Virus record (IMG/VR): IMGVR_UViG_3300033553_000790
Length of the DNA stretch: 61,106 nucleotides
Direction: 5' to 3' (one strand)
Source: an uncultured virus (IMG/VR IMGVR_UViG_3300033553_000790)
Taxonomy: Duplodnaviria > Heunggongvirae > Uroviricota > Caudoviricetes
Part shown: positions 1 to 10,458 of the stretch, piece by piece
How the letters are laid out: each line of letters begins with the position of its first letter
Position numbering within the stretch: the first letter of the stretch is position 1
Notes under the pieces: model-generated
Database searches by the model: none
What the model saw: only the letters and a program-made list of their open reading frames with translations
What the model was told of the DNA's origin: nothing
Made by a program: the position numbers and the translations under genes

Positions 1-2
1 TA

Positions 3-260
3 CGAATAGAGTTCATTAGGGAAACCGCACTAGTTAATCCCGAACACCCGCACACAAGCGCATTGGTTTTAGTTGAAGATGTTATCAAATACCTTAACTG
101 TATAGATGAAGATGTTGTTGCGGATAATATACTTGAGCCCTGGTGCCAATACATAGCTGATAGAAGAGCAAAAGAAGTTTCTCAATTAGCTAATATAGTC
201 CGCATGAGCCTTGCTTCCGGTAAGCATGCTGGATTCTTTCTAAACAATTACAGAACATAA
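3..260 (+). CDS. C-terminal fragment of probable NurA-like 5'-3' nuclease (runs off window start)
   Basis: Frame is open from nt 3 (RIEF...EPWCQYIADRRAK), resembling the NurA C-terminal R-x-E and P-x4-AD motifs; lies directly upstream of herA-mre11-rad50. Confidence 0.45.
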   Translation, partial: RIEFIRETALVNPEHPHTSALVLVEDVIKYLNCIDEDVVADNILEPWCQYIADRRAKEVSQLANIVRMSLASGKHAGFFLNNYRT

Positions 261-283
261 AATATGATATAATAGGATACACT

Positions 284-2374
284 ATGGAAAATAACTCAAA
301 CGATTTCGGCTACGTAAGCACCGGTTCATCATCATCCCTGATAAGAATAGTGGCAAAAGAAACTGCCTCTAAAACCCCTGTTGTCGGCAGGGCAATACTT
401 ATTGACATGGAAACCGAGAATGGCACATATCGAGCTTTAGGCACTGTATCTGACATTACGACTTTCAATGAAATGTACAAAGATAACCGCATGAAACAAG
501 TCTCGGCTAGTAAGAACGGCATCTCAGTAAGTGGAACAGATATAAGGGAAATAACTGTTAAAATTCAGGCTACCTACAGGAAAAACCAAGAATCGGGAGA
601 TTGGGAGAAAGCGTCCTCCGCTTTACCAACAAGCCCTCCAACCCGAACGCCCGTTCGACTTCTAGATGAAGAAAGTATGTTCGAACTTATTAAAGAAGAA
701 GACCACATAACGCACTTAGGTACAATGCGTGGTTTATCTGGCGTGGCCGCTCCGTTGACCGTTCCGGATTTCTCTTCCGCACGAGGGGCAGTACATTCGG
801 CTGTAATTGGTCGCTCCGGTTCTGGTAAAACCGCTTTCGCTACATACATGATTGCCAACCAGATGTCCTATCCGGCGCACGGAATCATCGTTGTTGATCC
901 ACAGGGACAATGGTCCAATGAGAACGGCTTTGTTTTCTCCCTGAAAACCTTCGCGTCGTCTTTAGGTAGGGAAGTAACTACTCTGCGTATCACTGAAGAT
1001 ATTAAGCTGCCCATGGATGAGGAAATACTTTCACAGCTATTCGAGCATTCTAATGTCTGGGCTAAGATGAAAAGAATGGCCCCAGAGAACAGGCGCATCT
1101 TCTCGGAAGAAGTAGTTTCCAAGATAGCATATAAAGATGGCGCAGCTGACCGGGACCCTCGGGAGCTTCTTACTGAAGTTTTCAAGCAGATATCGAAGTC
1201 CGACAGCACTTTAAATAGAATTTATGCTAGAGGTGAAGCTTTAGAAAATTTGAAGAGGGAGCTTAAGATCCTCGCTAATGAAGAAATCATTAATGAAGAG
1301 GGTGAAGTTGAAATAGTAACTGAAGATGATATGGAATCAGCTGAGCATAAATGGGATGCCATACTTTCTAAATTCACTCCTATAATTAACCTGTTCTCAA
1401 AGACTAACCTCCAGGGCGGCAGAAGGCATGCTCTTGGAGGAACTTCAGGTTTCCTATCTAACATCATGAAAGTTCGCGACGAAACGGAAACAGCTCCTTA
1501 CGTAATATTAGACATGTCAAATGACGTAACTACATCCGCTAAAGACATGTACGCTAAGAAAACTGGTCAACGCGATGTTTTGCTTTCTATGAAGAAAATG
1601 CTTGATAACGTTGACATTAAAGCTATCATAGTTTCAACTATCCTAGAGCAAATTAAAACCTCCTCAGAGGAAGCTTTCTCTGCGGGCGGCGGAAATCTCA
1701 ATACGCAGATTGTTTTCGATGAAGCTTGGAGATACGCACCTAATGTAAGTCGCGACGGCTCTACCAAGCCAATTGATTTGCTAAGCCAGCAGCTAGAGGG
1801 CTTCGCGTTAGATACTAGAAAATATGGTATAGGTTGGACATATATTTTACAGTCCCCAAGCGACCTCAATAAAGGAATTTGGAAGCAGCTATCGTTCGTT
1901 TATACCGGTTACGGAATTATCGGTTCTGACAAGAGAATTCTTGGTGAGCTCATGGATGAGAGTGACAGGCAGGCCCACATAGGTCTTTATGATCAGTTCT
2001 CTCCTCCAAGCTCAACTAACATTTACCCATTTATGATGAACGGCCCGATCTCTCCTCTTATCTTCACAAACACACCAATATTTGTTGACGTTTATAATAA
2101 CGTAGCTCAGTTCTTAGAGGACAACTCAAAGTGGATAGATGAGATATGCGAATCGAATGGAAAAGCTCCACTGTCTAAAAACCCTATTCTTCTAACCGAA
2201 GATAAAAGCAGAAAAAAGAAAGTAAAGCCTAAGAAGGTAGATGAGCAAACCAGCTTCAAAGTTTTCGGTAACAGTAGAGAACTATCCGTGGATGAGGAAA
2301 CAGCAACTTCCGATATAGTAGAAGAAGTTAGCGCTGAACCTGAAGACTCTCGGGTTGACAGACCAGCTTTTTAA
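284..2374 (+). CDS. herA: HerA-like hexameric ATPase/DNA translocase
   Basis: N-terminal barrel region, Walker A GRSGSGKT, DPQGQW, Walker B VFDEAW, RKYG arginine finger and Q motif. Confidence 0.8.
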   Translation: MENNSNDFGYVSTGSSSSLIRIVAKETASKTPVVGRAILIDMETENGTYRALGTVSDITTFNEMYKDNRMKQVSASKNGISVSGTDIREITVKIQATYRKNQESGDWEKASSALPTSPPTRTPVRLLDEESMFELIKEEDHITHLGTMRGLSGVAAPLTVPDFSSARGAVHSAVIGRSGSGKTAFATYMIANQMSYPAHGIIVVDPQGQWSNENGFVFSLKTFASSLGREVTTLRITEDIKLPMDEEILSQLFEHSNVWAKMKRMAPENRRIFSEEVVSKIAYKDGAADRDPRELLTEVFKQISKSDSTLNRIYARGEALENLKRELKILANEEIINEEGEVEIVTEDDMESAEHKWDAILSKFTPIINLFSKTNLQGGRRHALGGTSGFLSNIMKVRDETETAPYVILDMSNDVTTSAKDMYAKKTGQRDVLLSMKKMLDNVDIKAIIVSTILEQIKTSSEEAFSAGGGNLNTQIVFDEAWRYAPNVSRDGSTKPIDLLSQQLEGFALDTRKYGIGWTYILQSPSDLNKGIWKQLSFVYTGYGIIGSDKRILGELMDESDRQAHIGLYDQFSPPSSTNIYPFMMNGPISPLIFTNTPIFVDVYNNVAQFLEDNSKWIDEICESNGKAPLSKNPILLTEDKSRKKKVKPKKVDEQTSFKVFGNSRELSVDEETATSDIVEEVSAEPEDSRVDRPAF

Positions 2375-2405
2375 TAAAAACTTTCAATTACTAGTAGGGA
2401 CCTAA

Positions 2406-3668
2406 ATGGTATATCGCATAGCTTTGATAGCAGACGATCATCTCGACTATTCTTTTGGGAGTAGGACAGATAAAAGAGGTATAAACCTCAGAGCAATTGA
2501 TGGGTATAACGCTTTCCATCAGCGGCTCAGCAGCATCGTATCTCACGAACCTAAGGTAGATGCTGTATTCCATGCTGGGGATTTATTCCACACCCCGCAT
2601 CCGTCTGTAAGATCTGTAGCGACAGTACATCACTATTTCGAAGTTCTATTTAAAGAGAACATTGCCTGGTGGGGTGTGTCAGGTAACCACGACACGAGTG
2701 ACAATAGTGCTAATTTACCAGCAACAGCGCTCACTAATGACCCCCGAAGAAACATACACGCCTTATGGAAACCATACGACAAAGTTGAGGTTGCTGATGG
2801 GATAATACTACATGCTATAGGCCACCACGGTTTGAATGTGAATGAGGCCCCTGAAATAACCCCCGTTAAAGATTCTATAAACATAATGATGGCGCACGGA
2901 GCAGCTGTTGACCCCGCGAACGCAACTTTGATGAGATGTATGGATTCTCCCCGTGAGCAGATAATACCTCCAGATTTAATTATGTCTGACGCTTTTGATT
3001 TCAGAGCTTTAGGCCATTATCACTCTCGCTACGCGGTAGGTGGACCAGAAATGAAAACCTGGTATGCCGGATCGTCACTCAGAAGAGGGTTCAGCGACGC
3101 TGCTGGCAGACGAGGGTGGATATTAGTTACCATAGAAGATAACGGCGAAGTTACAGCTGAATCTTTCGACATTGAACAACGCCCACAATATGATTTAGAA
3201 ATAATAGATGCCAGCAAATACAAGATAGATGAAATCAAAGAGCTCCTAAGGGGGAACATCCATTCAACAAGGAGGGATGAAACAGCTACACAATTTGATG
3301 AGAAGAACGCCCCTATTGTTCGCCAAAAGATAATCAACGCTACAGGCGCTGTCCGTCAAGGATTAGATATGCAAAGCATAAAAGCTGCTACGGGACATAT
3401 GTTATACTGGGATCTGAAATTCCTTCCTCCAGAGTTCAACTTAATTAAAAAAGAAGAAAAAGATGATACTAAAAGCGGGGTTGATGAGCAAGGTTTCTCT
3501 ACAGCAAGAAAAGGTGGAATTAACATAGTCAGCGGTTTTAAAGAATGGTCAGAGACTAGCGACAAGGTTAAATATCTTCAGAAGGCCGAACGAGAAGTGG
3601 TTACTGTACATGCCACTAAATTCTTGGAAGAAGCACAGAATAAAGAGGAAGAGCTCAAGGAGACTTAG
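2406..3668 (+). CDS. sbcD: Mre11/SbcD-like metallophosphoesterase nuclease
   Basis: ADDHL, AGDLFH, GNHD, AHG, LGHYH and YAGS motifs; adjacent to SbcC. Confidence 0.9.
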   Translation: MVYRIALIADDHLDYSFGSRTDKRGINLRAIDGYNAFHQRLSSIVSHEPKVDAVFHAGDLFHTPHPSVRSVATVHHYFEVLFKENIAWWGVSGNHDTSDNSANLPATALTNDPRRNIHALWKPYDKVEVADGIILHAIGHHGLNVNEAPEITPVKDSINIMMAHGAAVDPANATLMRCMDSPREQIIPPDLIMSDAFDFRALGHYHSRYAVGGPEMKTWYAGSSLRRGFSDAAGRRGWILVTIEDNGEVTAESFDIEQRPQYDLEIIDASKYKIDEIKELLRGNIHSTRRDETATQFDEKNAPIVRQKIINATGAVRQGLDMQSIKAATGHMLYWDLKFLPPEFNLIKKEEKDDTKSGVDEQGFSTARKGGINIVSGFKEWSETSDKVKYLQKAEREVVTVHATKFLEEAQNKEEELKET

Positions 3669-3673
3669 AATAT

Positions 3674-6073
3674 ATGATTACTTTAGATAAACTCGTTGTA
3701 AAGAACTTCCGCTTAATCAATAACATCGTTATAGAGCCCGCCAACAAAGCAATAACGGGTATTATAGGGCAGAACGGTTCCGGTAAGTCATCCCTTCTTA
3801 TAGCCCTTAAGTGGTGCCTTTTCGGGGAGACCCCCGAGAACGTTAAACAAGGTGATTTACGCAGACAAGGGAGTAAAAGCGAAGACCCCTGCTCAGTAGA
3901 AGCAACTATCACTCATGATGGGCAGAAAGTAAAAATCAAACGTGAGATAAGAGGAAAGAACAACACTGCAACAGTAAATATTTGGGTGGACGGAACCATG
4001 CAGAGTAAAACCTCTGTGGGGACTGCAGACCGGTGGGTTAAGAAGCGTTTAGGTTTTGGTGTTGAAATGTTCAACACCATCTTTGTTATTGGTCAGAAAG
4101 AATTAGATAATTTAATCAAAGATAAGCCAGCGGCGCGGCGCGCACTTGTTGAAAGACTCACTGGAATAGAAAAGCTCTCTAAGGCTCTTGAAAGCGCAAG
4201 GGGTGAGCTGTCCTCATCTAAGAAGGGTCTTTCCGGACATGAGGTCACTGAGGCCACCGTTGATAATATAGAGAGCATAGTGGCCGACGCTCAGGAAACC
4301 CTGTCCATGACGGAGAAAGAAGCCGGTTCCCTAAAAGCGAATGTGGTACTCAAGGAAAAGCGTAGAGATGAAGCAAAAAATCAATATGATAGCGCTTTGA
4401 AAAAATATGAGGATAAAAAGAACCAAGAGAACACTATTAAACTCATTGAAGAGCACCAAGTCACTCTTGTTAACAACACCAAATATTTATCTGACACAGT
4501 TAATGAACAAGACATAGACGATAAGCACGTTGATGAAGACGACTTAGAGGGGCTAAAGAAATCCCTTGAGGACGCTGTATCTTTATTAGAGGCAGCGCGT
4601 TCATCATTAAATGACCTGTCCGTATCGGCGCACAATTCAAAAGAAACTATCGCGGTTAACAAAAAGCTTATTGAAGAGCACAGCGAAGCTATTGAAGAAG
4701 CATCGGATCAAGATGAAATGCGAGAAGAGCTCAAAACACTCACTAGCCAACATAACACTTTGGCTAAAGAAATCGCTAATGGGGAAGAAGACATAGCTAA
4801 AAAACGCGATATGGTCATTTCCTTGTCAACTAATCTTAAATCAACGCAAGATGTCCTTACGTCCATAGAAACTACTGAGCATGACTTAGCAAAATGCCCA
4901 ACCTGTGAATCTAAAATTGCTAATAAATCAGAATTCATTAAAAAGATAAACAAAAAAGTGGATGACGAGAAGGTACTTCTCCAGTTCGTAGAGCAAGATT
5001 TATCCGATGTCAGAGAGAAGAATTCTGAGAAGCAAAACGAACTCAATTCTCTCTTCAGCCAAATAGAGAATATACAGACTCAGCAAGAAGATTATATTAA
5101 CTCTGAGACCGCGTTGTCGAACGCCAAGAAAGAACTCATCGAAAGTGAAGCTAGCTACTCAAAACTAGAGTCTGAAATAAAAACCCTTCAAGAGAAGATA
5201 CTTACCCAGGATGAAGAGGTAAGTGAGTATAAAAAACTCGTTTATGATTTTGAAAACATTCTAAACAGGCAGAAATCACTTGAGAAGCTCAAAGAGAACC
5301 TCAAAAAAGCAAACGCTGAGCTGGACGAGAATTCTAAGAAACTAGTTGAAGCTAAAGAGAAGCTGGAAGACATTGATGCGCCGTCTTTAGAAGAAGGCCA
5401 CGATCTTAGAAAAGAATACGATGATGCTGACAAATTATTCAGAGAAGCAGCTGAGGAAGAGAATAAATACAAAACAAACATGGAATCCGCTAAAGTTATC
5501 CTAGCTGAGAACCGTGTACGTTTAGAAAACGCTAAAACGGCACTAAAAAAGAAACAAGAAGCCATACAGTATGTTTCTCACATAACAGCAGCTGTTGATC
5601 TGATAGCGTCATACCGTAAAGATTACCTTGCTAAATTAGCCCCAGAGCTATCAAGCGAAGCTACTATGTTAATTTCCCAGATGACGCAAGGTAAGTATAT
5701 AGAAATTATTTTAGATGAGAACTTCACCCCATCTGTTATGGACACAAACGGAACGATAAGGCCAGTGGCCTGGCTGTCCGGAGGGGAAGAGAGTATCGTT
5801 GCGCTTGCTTTAAGAATGGCAATCGGAGATATCGTTTCCCAAGGTTCAGGTGGCTTACTATGGCTTGATGAAGTACTCACAGCACAAGACGACGGAAGAC
5901 GAAGCGCCTTGCTAACTACTCTACGCGAGTACGGGCATGGTAGACAAGTAATTATTATAAACCATTCACCTGAATCTATAGATAGTGTTGATAACATAAT
6001 AGAAATTGAACCGACAGATGACGGCTCCTTCCTCAAGGAGAAAAACCGCGAGGATGAGCTTCCGGAAGAATAG
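3674..6073 (+). CDS. sbcC: Rad50/SbcC SMC-like ATPase
   Basis: Walker A GQNGSGKS, long coiled coil with CPTC zinc hook, LSGGE signature, LDE Walker B. Confidence 0.92.
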   Translation: MITLDKLVVKNFRLINNIVIEPANKAITGIIGQNGSGKSSLLIALKWCLFGETPENVKQGDLRRQGSKSEDPCSVEATITHDGQKVKIKREIRGKNNTATVNIWVDGTMQSKTSVGTADRWVKKRLGFGVEMFNTIFVIGQKELDNLIKDKPAARRALVERLTGIEKLSKALESARGELSSSKKGLSGHEVTEATVDNIESIVADAQETLSMTEKEAGSLKANVVLKEKRRDEAKNQYDSALKKYEDKKNQENTIKLIEEHQVTLVNNTKYLSDTVNEQDIDDKHVDEDDLEGLKKSLEDAVSLLEAARSSLNDLSVSAHNSKETIAVNKKLIEEHSEAIEEASDQDEMREELKTLTSQHNTLAKEIANGEEDIAKKRDMVISLSTNLKSTQDVLTSIETTEHDLAKCPTCESKIANKSEFIKKINKKVDDEKVLLQFVEQDLSDVREKNSEKQNELNSLFSQIENIQTQQEDYINSETALSNAKKELIESEASYSKLESEIKTLQEKILTQDEEVSEYKKLVYDFENILNRQKSLEKLKENLKKANAELDENSKKLVEAKEKLEDIDAPSLEEGHDLRKEYDDADKLFREAAEEENKYKTNMESAKVILAENRVRLENAKTALKKKQEAIQYVSHITAAVDLIASYRKDYLAKLAPELSSEATMLISQMTQGKYIEIILDENFTPSVMDTNGTIRPVAWLSGGEESIVALALRMAIGDIVSQGSGGLLWLDEVLTAQDDGRRSALLTTLREYGHGRQVIIINHSPESIDSVDNIIEIEPTDDGSFLKEKNREDELPEE

Positions 6074-6147
6074 TTGAGGATGAGTTTTGCGTCCTAAGAA
6101 AATATTATAATAGTTCCGATATATGATGAACAACCTTAAGGAAAAAA

Positions 6148-7191
6148 ATGTCTGATATACCTTTATTTAAGAGCACTCCTAATTCTACTGTTGTTTACCA
6201 GGAAGCAGCAACGGCAGTCAATAAACATTTAGACGCGATTGAGTATGACGGCGCTGAAGCAACTTTAGCTTCCCCTCCTTTAACATCAGACGAAGCTAAA
6301 GAAATAACAGAGTCAATAAAATCGGCTTCCGAGACGCTATATGTGCTTATCTACAGGGCACACGCCGGTAAAGCATGGGAGGCTTTAGGTTACCAAACAT
6401 TTGAAGATTATGTGAGAGAAGAATTTGACATTTCCAGGTCACGTGCTTATAGATTATTATCTCAAGCTAGCGTTATAAAAGAAATAGAAGCAGCCGCACC
6501 TCCAGGTTCAGTTATAAGGCTAAAAGAGAAAGACGCTTACCAGCTAAGAAACATGCTAGATCAGATATTACCTGAAGTTGAAAAATTAGCACAGCAAAGT
6601 AGCGAGGACGCAGACACTAACTTCATGATTGAAGAAATATTAAGGGAAGCTAAAGAAAAAAGCGAACAGACAGATCGGGATGAGCGAGAAAAAACGAACT
6701 CCCAACCGCATGTTTATTCAGGTTTAGAAAAAACAGAATCTGAGATGGCAGACGAATATTCTGAAGAAACAGAAGATCCGTCCCCTATTTTAAGATCCCC
6801 TAAGGCATCTTCTTCAGATGACGATGACTATAGTTACATAGACGATGATTTCATAGCTGACATAATGTCATCCTCCCCTGTCCGGGCTGAACCTAAGCGT
6901 AGTTTCCCTGAAGGGCATACCACTGAAACTACTCCCAGCGACAATGAGGAAAGCGAAATATCAGAAGAGCCGGAAGAACTATCTATAGGTGATGAGAAGA
7001 ATTTTGAATACTCGTATGCTCTTATGACTGCTGTTTCAAATCTGAAAGGATTACCGTCCCCAGGGGAACTTGTGAAGGTCATACCGGTTAATAACTTAGA
7101 GAAAATGAAAGAGATGGTACCTGGTGTTATTGAATGGCTAACTGCTTTTCAAGCAAAAATAGAGGAAGCAACTAGCGAATCTGAAGAATAG
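6148..7191 (+). CDS. Hypothetical protein with putative HTH-like N-terminal domain and acidic linker
   Basis: 347 aa ORF with RBS; motif WEALGYQTFEDYVREEFDISRSRAYRL typical of mobile-element DNA-binding proteins. Confidence 0.5.
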   Translation: MSDIPLFKSTPNSTVVYQEAATAVNKHLDAIEYDGAEATLASPPLTSDEAKEITESIKSASETLYVLIYRAHAGKAWEALGYQTFEDYVREEFDISRSRAYRLLSQASVIKEIEAAAPPGSVIRLKEKDAYQLRNMLDQILPEVEKLAQQSSEDADTNFMIEEILREAKEKSEQTDRDEREKTNSQPHVYSGLEKTESEMADEYSEETEDPSPILRSPKASSSDDDDYSYIDDDFIADIMSSSPVRAEPKRSFPEGHTTETTPSDNEESEISEEPEELSIGDEKNFEYSYALMTAVSNLKGLPSPGELVKVIPVNNLEKMKEMVPGVIEWLTAFQAKIEEATSESEE

Positions 7192-7279
7192 CACGTTAGA
7201 TAGGTAAATAATACGCCGATATAATATTTTGTAGGCTAATAACTACAACCTTTATAGACTATAAGTAGTGAGGAAAAAC

Positions 7280-7471
7280 ATGTTCTTAACAACACTCAGA
7301 AAGAAATTACGCAATGAAGAGGGCGTAGAAGCGATATCCTTTATAGGTCTTGCTATATTAGCTCTCGTGCTCATTGGTATAACTACCCAATTTATCGTAC
7401 CTGCATTCAAAGAAAAAGCTGAACAAGTCGGTGAATGTATCAACGATGTCGGTCAAACCACTGAATGCTAA
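7280..7471 (+). CDS. Flp-type (type IVb/c) prepilin
   Basis: Basic leader, EEG|VEA cleavage-like site, hydrophobic helix, short C-terminus with two Cys; GAGGA RBS before ATG 7280. Confidence 0.6.
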   Translation: MFLTTLRKKLRNEEGVEAISFIGLAILALVLIGITTQFIVPAFKEKAEQVGECINDVGQTTEC

Positions 7472-7502
7472 ATAACCACAGAGTTCATACCGTCGTATAA
7501 CA

Positions 7503-7543
7503 AAAAAATACGCACGTCGCTAAGTTAGCACGTGCGTATTTTT
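7503..7543. terminator. Bidirectional intrinsic terminator
   Basis: AAAAATACGCACGT...ACGTGCGTATTTTT inverted repeat between convergent genes. Confidence 0.8.
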
Positions 7544-7578
7544 GTACCTTCTTAAAGGTCGGCCACCTGACCTGAGCC

Positions 7579-8520
7579 TTAGAGGTCACCCTGAGTTACG
7601 TTAGTTTTCATAGTCATGTCCAACGGCTCATTAAGGCTAGAATTCCTTACTAGCTTTCTGTTAAGGGGTATTCCTCGCGCATTGGCTTCTTCTTCGGTTA
7701 TTTCTGGTTTACTGAAATCGTCGATGTTGAACATGCCGTCTTCGTCTTCTTCCACGTCCAAATCTAAGCCAGCAAATGGGTCATCAGAAAAATCATCAGC
7801 CCCTTCGTCTTGTTCATCCTCGAAAGAAAGATCTATTTGGAAATCCTCCTCGAAGCCACCCTCTTCCTCTTCTTCTGGGGCTTCAGCTAAATCGTCAGTT
7901 AAATTATCAAAGATATCTTCATCCGGTTCATCTGCCATTAACTCATCGCCATCTAAATCTAAACTGAAGTCCTCTTCCTCTTCACTATCTTCATCAGTGA
8001 TTTCAGAATCAAATAACGACTCTGTAACATTTTCTTCTTCAGGAGCTTCCTCTTGAACCGCTAACACTTCTTCAGGGTATTCTTCTTGAACCGCTAGCGT
8101 TTCTTCTTCAGGACTTTCTTCTTGAGCTTCCTGAAGAGCACGAACCTGCTCTTCTAAAGCTGCGATCTTATTTAAGGCAATATCGTAAGATGCCTTATCT
8201 ACGCTCTCGTTCTGTAATATCTGGTTATCTAAAGTGAGGTTAGAGTTCTGAACTAAGAGAGCAGCTGCTTCTTCAGCTATAGTAACTATGTTATTACTCT
8301 TCTTCTCTAATTCGCTATGGTAGAAATTTATGCTCGCACTTGCTTTGCGAATAAACTGATTAACGCTGTCAACGTTATAATGACCGGAGCGAGTTCTTGA
8401 AAGAAGCCTAGCGGCAATAATGTTTTCCCTTGTTAGTTCTTCAGGTGCCCAAACGTTTTCGGGTATCACAATATCTGGGCTGATCTTCAAGCTCTTCAGG
8501 ACATCCTCAGGATTAGTCAT
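7579..8520 (-). CDS. Coiled-coil, highly acidic protein with possible DivIVA-like N-terminal motif
   Basis: RSGHYNVDSVNQFI resembles DivIVA GY..EVD.FL, followed by coiled coil and D/E-rich tail. Confidence 0.45.
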   Translation of the reverse strand: MTNPEDVLKSLKISPDIVIPENVWAPEELTRENIIAARLLSRTRSGHYNVDSVNQFIRKASASINFYHSELEKKSNNIVTIAEEAAALLVQNSNLTLDNQILQNESVDKASYDIALNKIAALEEQVRALQEAQEESPEEETLAVQEEYPEEVLAVQEEAPEEENVTESLFDSEITDEDSEEEEDFSLDLDGDELMADEPDEDIFDNLTDDLAEAPEEEEEGGFEEDFQIDLSFEDEQDEGADDFSDDPFAGLDLDVEEDEDGMFNIDDFSKPEITEEEANARGIPLNRKLVRNSSLNEPLDMTMKTNVTQGDL

Positions 8521-8746
8521 ATTCTTCCTTACTTATTATAATTTAGACGCTACCTAATATCGGCTTTATATCAGAACAAATAACCGTAGAGGAATAAGGT
8601 GTGAGATATTACCGTTATTATAAACGCAAGCCTAATAAAAGGCGTATCCTTTTATAATGATGTTATCTTGTGTGTTATAATATATAGCATAGATAAGAAC
8701 ACGCATTTTTATAGAATGCGTATTGACACCTATTACAAAGGAAAAT

Positions 8747-9175
8747 ATGAGCTCTCAGATTATATATTATTCATTACACTGCAAAACAGAAGAGACTATT
8801 AAATTATACAATAATTTCACCGCACTGGCAGCCGGGGCTACGCCTATGCCCCTTCCAGTGTCCTTAGATGGGATATCTCAAAATAATTTTGGGGTTTCGC
8901 TTATTTTTGCCATACCAATGAATGGTAAAAAAAGCAGTCATCACTATAACATGGATCTCGTTAAGCACCTATCAGCGATAAGCCAACAGTTACATCATTA
9001 TTTCCCTTCTTTTCATGCGCCGCCTTTAGATGGTGAAATTCAGATGGCAAATAAATTCTTAGAGAGAAATAACCTTCAAAGGTTCGTTCCGTTCAAAGAG
9101 AAGCACCATGTTAGCACACAAGATTCTTATAAGCTGTTAGAAAACACCTTAGACATAGTGGGGGCAGAAAAATAA
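8747..9175 (+). CDS. Hypothetical protein upstream of sigma factor
   Basis: ORF with AAGGA RBS before ATG 8747; abuts the sigma gene. Confidence 0.5.
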   Translation: MSSQIIYYSLHCKTEETIKLYNNFTALAAGATPMPLPVSLDGISQNNFGVSLIFAIPMNGKKSSHHYNMDLVKHLSAISQQLHHYFPSFHAPPLDGEIQMANKFLERNNLQRFVPFKEKHHVSTQDSYKLLENTLDIVGAEK

Positions 9176-9176
9176 T

Positions 9177-10430
9177 ATGATAGTAAACATAAACAACTTT
9201 AGTTTTAACCAAGAGCCGCGCGACACAATCTTATCTAGGCTGTCTGACGGACAATGGCAAACTCGCAGCAAAATTTTGAAGCACATCACAGATGTTATTG
9301 ACATAACTGATGATGAACTGAAAGAAAGCTTAAGTTCTTTAGAGCAAGACGGCGTTCTCTTAGCGGGTACAAATTTCTCTTACAGAATGGTACTCCCCTA
9401 TTTATCCGACTTCAGAGAAGCTAAAGGGATGGTATCCACATATAAGAATGACTTATCTGCACCTCGTATATTCGGCGGTATATTAGAGGATGATGCTTGG
9501 GCTTTAGCTCCTTTAGAGGCTCGCGATTTCATAAACTTCAGAAGCAACGATAATGTCAAAGAAATAAGCGTGTGTATAAAAAAGATAGACCCTGACATTT
9601 CTGTAGAGAACGATAGTGGTCTAGTGCGCATCTACACAAATAAGGGAGATGAAGTCTACTCCCTCATAGCCACCACAGAAAAGTTCTCAGATAAAATAAA
9701 AGGGTTAAGAATAGAAAGAAACGTGAGACGCAGAGAGCTCAAAGATTTACCTCAGGATTTCTTCTATGAGTTCTGTGAGTTTTATGGGAAATTAGCTCCA
9801 ACTTTATTACGGGCTAAGACACTCTCGATAAGCTCATTCATAAAAGATGCTGATGATGTTAAACAACAGTCGTACCTTTGGATATTAGATGCCGTAAGGC
9901 GCTATGATGACAGTACCAGCATACCCTTCGCCGCTTATCTCCACGCTTGTCTGAACAAATGGGTTCACGATTTAGCTCGTAAAGAATATGGCCGAGCAGC
10001 AGCTGATATAGAGCTTCACACCTCAAAAATACGGGCTAGCTTCATGAAAGAGAATCTTAGGGAACCCACGGTTGATGAGATAGCTAAAGAAATGCAGCTA
10101 AACCCCAGCCAGATGAAAGACAAACTATCTCACATAGGGAATGTAGCAGCCATAAGGAACGCAGCAACAGTAAATAACGATGAAGCCCCAATAAATATCG
10201 TATCTACTGAAAATGTAGAAGATAACCTCGAATCGTTGGCTGTCAAAGCTACATTATCCTTAGCCCTTATGAACACTGTAATTTCTGGTGGAAAACACTC
10301 CGATATTGTTGCTCTGAACAAGATTTATAAAACAACTTGGGCGAGTAAGATAACGAAAAGTGAGGTTGGCAAAACAGTTGACACACAATTCATTAAACGC
10401 TTCAGGACAGAACTAAGTCATTTATCTTAA
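9177..10430 (+). CDS. Sigma-70 family factor, FliA/WhiG-like regions 2-3, with long N-terminal extension
   Basis: DDVKQQSYLWILDAVRRYDDSTSIPFAAY (region 2) and LREPTVDEIAKEM (region 3). Confidence 0.75.
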   Translation: MIVNINNFSFNQEPRDTILSRLSDGQWQTRSKILKHITDVIDITDDELKESLSSLEQDGVLLAGTNFSYRMVLPYLSDFREAKGMVSTYKNDLSAPRIFGGILEDDAWALAPLEARDFINFRSNDNVKEISVCIKKIDPDISVENDSGLVRIYTNKGDEVYSLIATTEKFSDKIKGLRIERNVRRRELKDLPQDFFYEFCEFYGKLAPTLLRAKTLSISSFIKDADDVKQQSYLWILDAVRRYDDSTSIPFAAYLHACLNKWVHDLARKEYGRAAADIELHTSKIRASFMKENLREPTVDEIAKEMQLNPSQMKDKLSHIGNVAAIRNAATVNNDEAPINIVSTENVEDNLESLAVKATLSLALMNTVISGGKHSDIVALNKIYKTTWASKITKSEVGKTVDTQFIKRFRTELSHLS

Positions 10431-10458
10431 AATTAAAAAATATTAGAAAGTAGAAAAA

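Noticed and set aside
7616..8056. Ser-rich antisense ORF and similar shadow ORFs opposite long genes
   Set aside because: By-product of acidic GAA/GAT-rich coding on the other strand.
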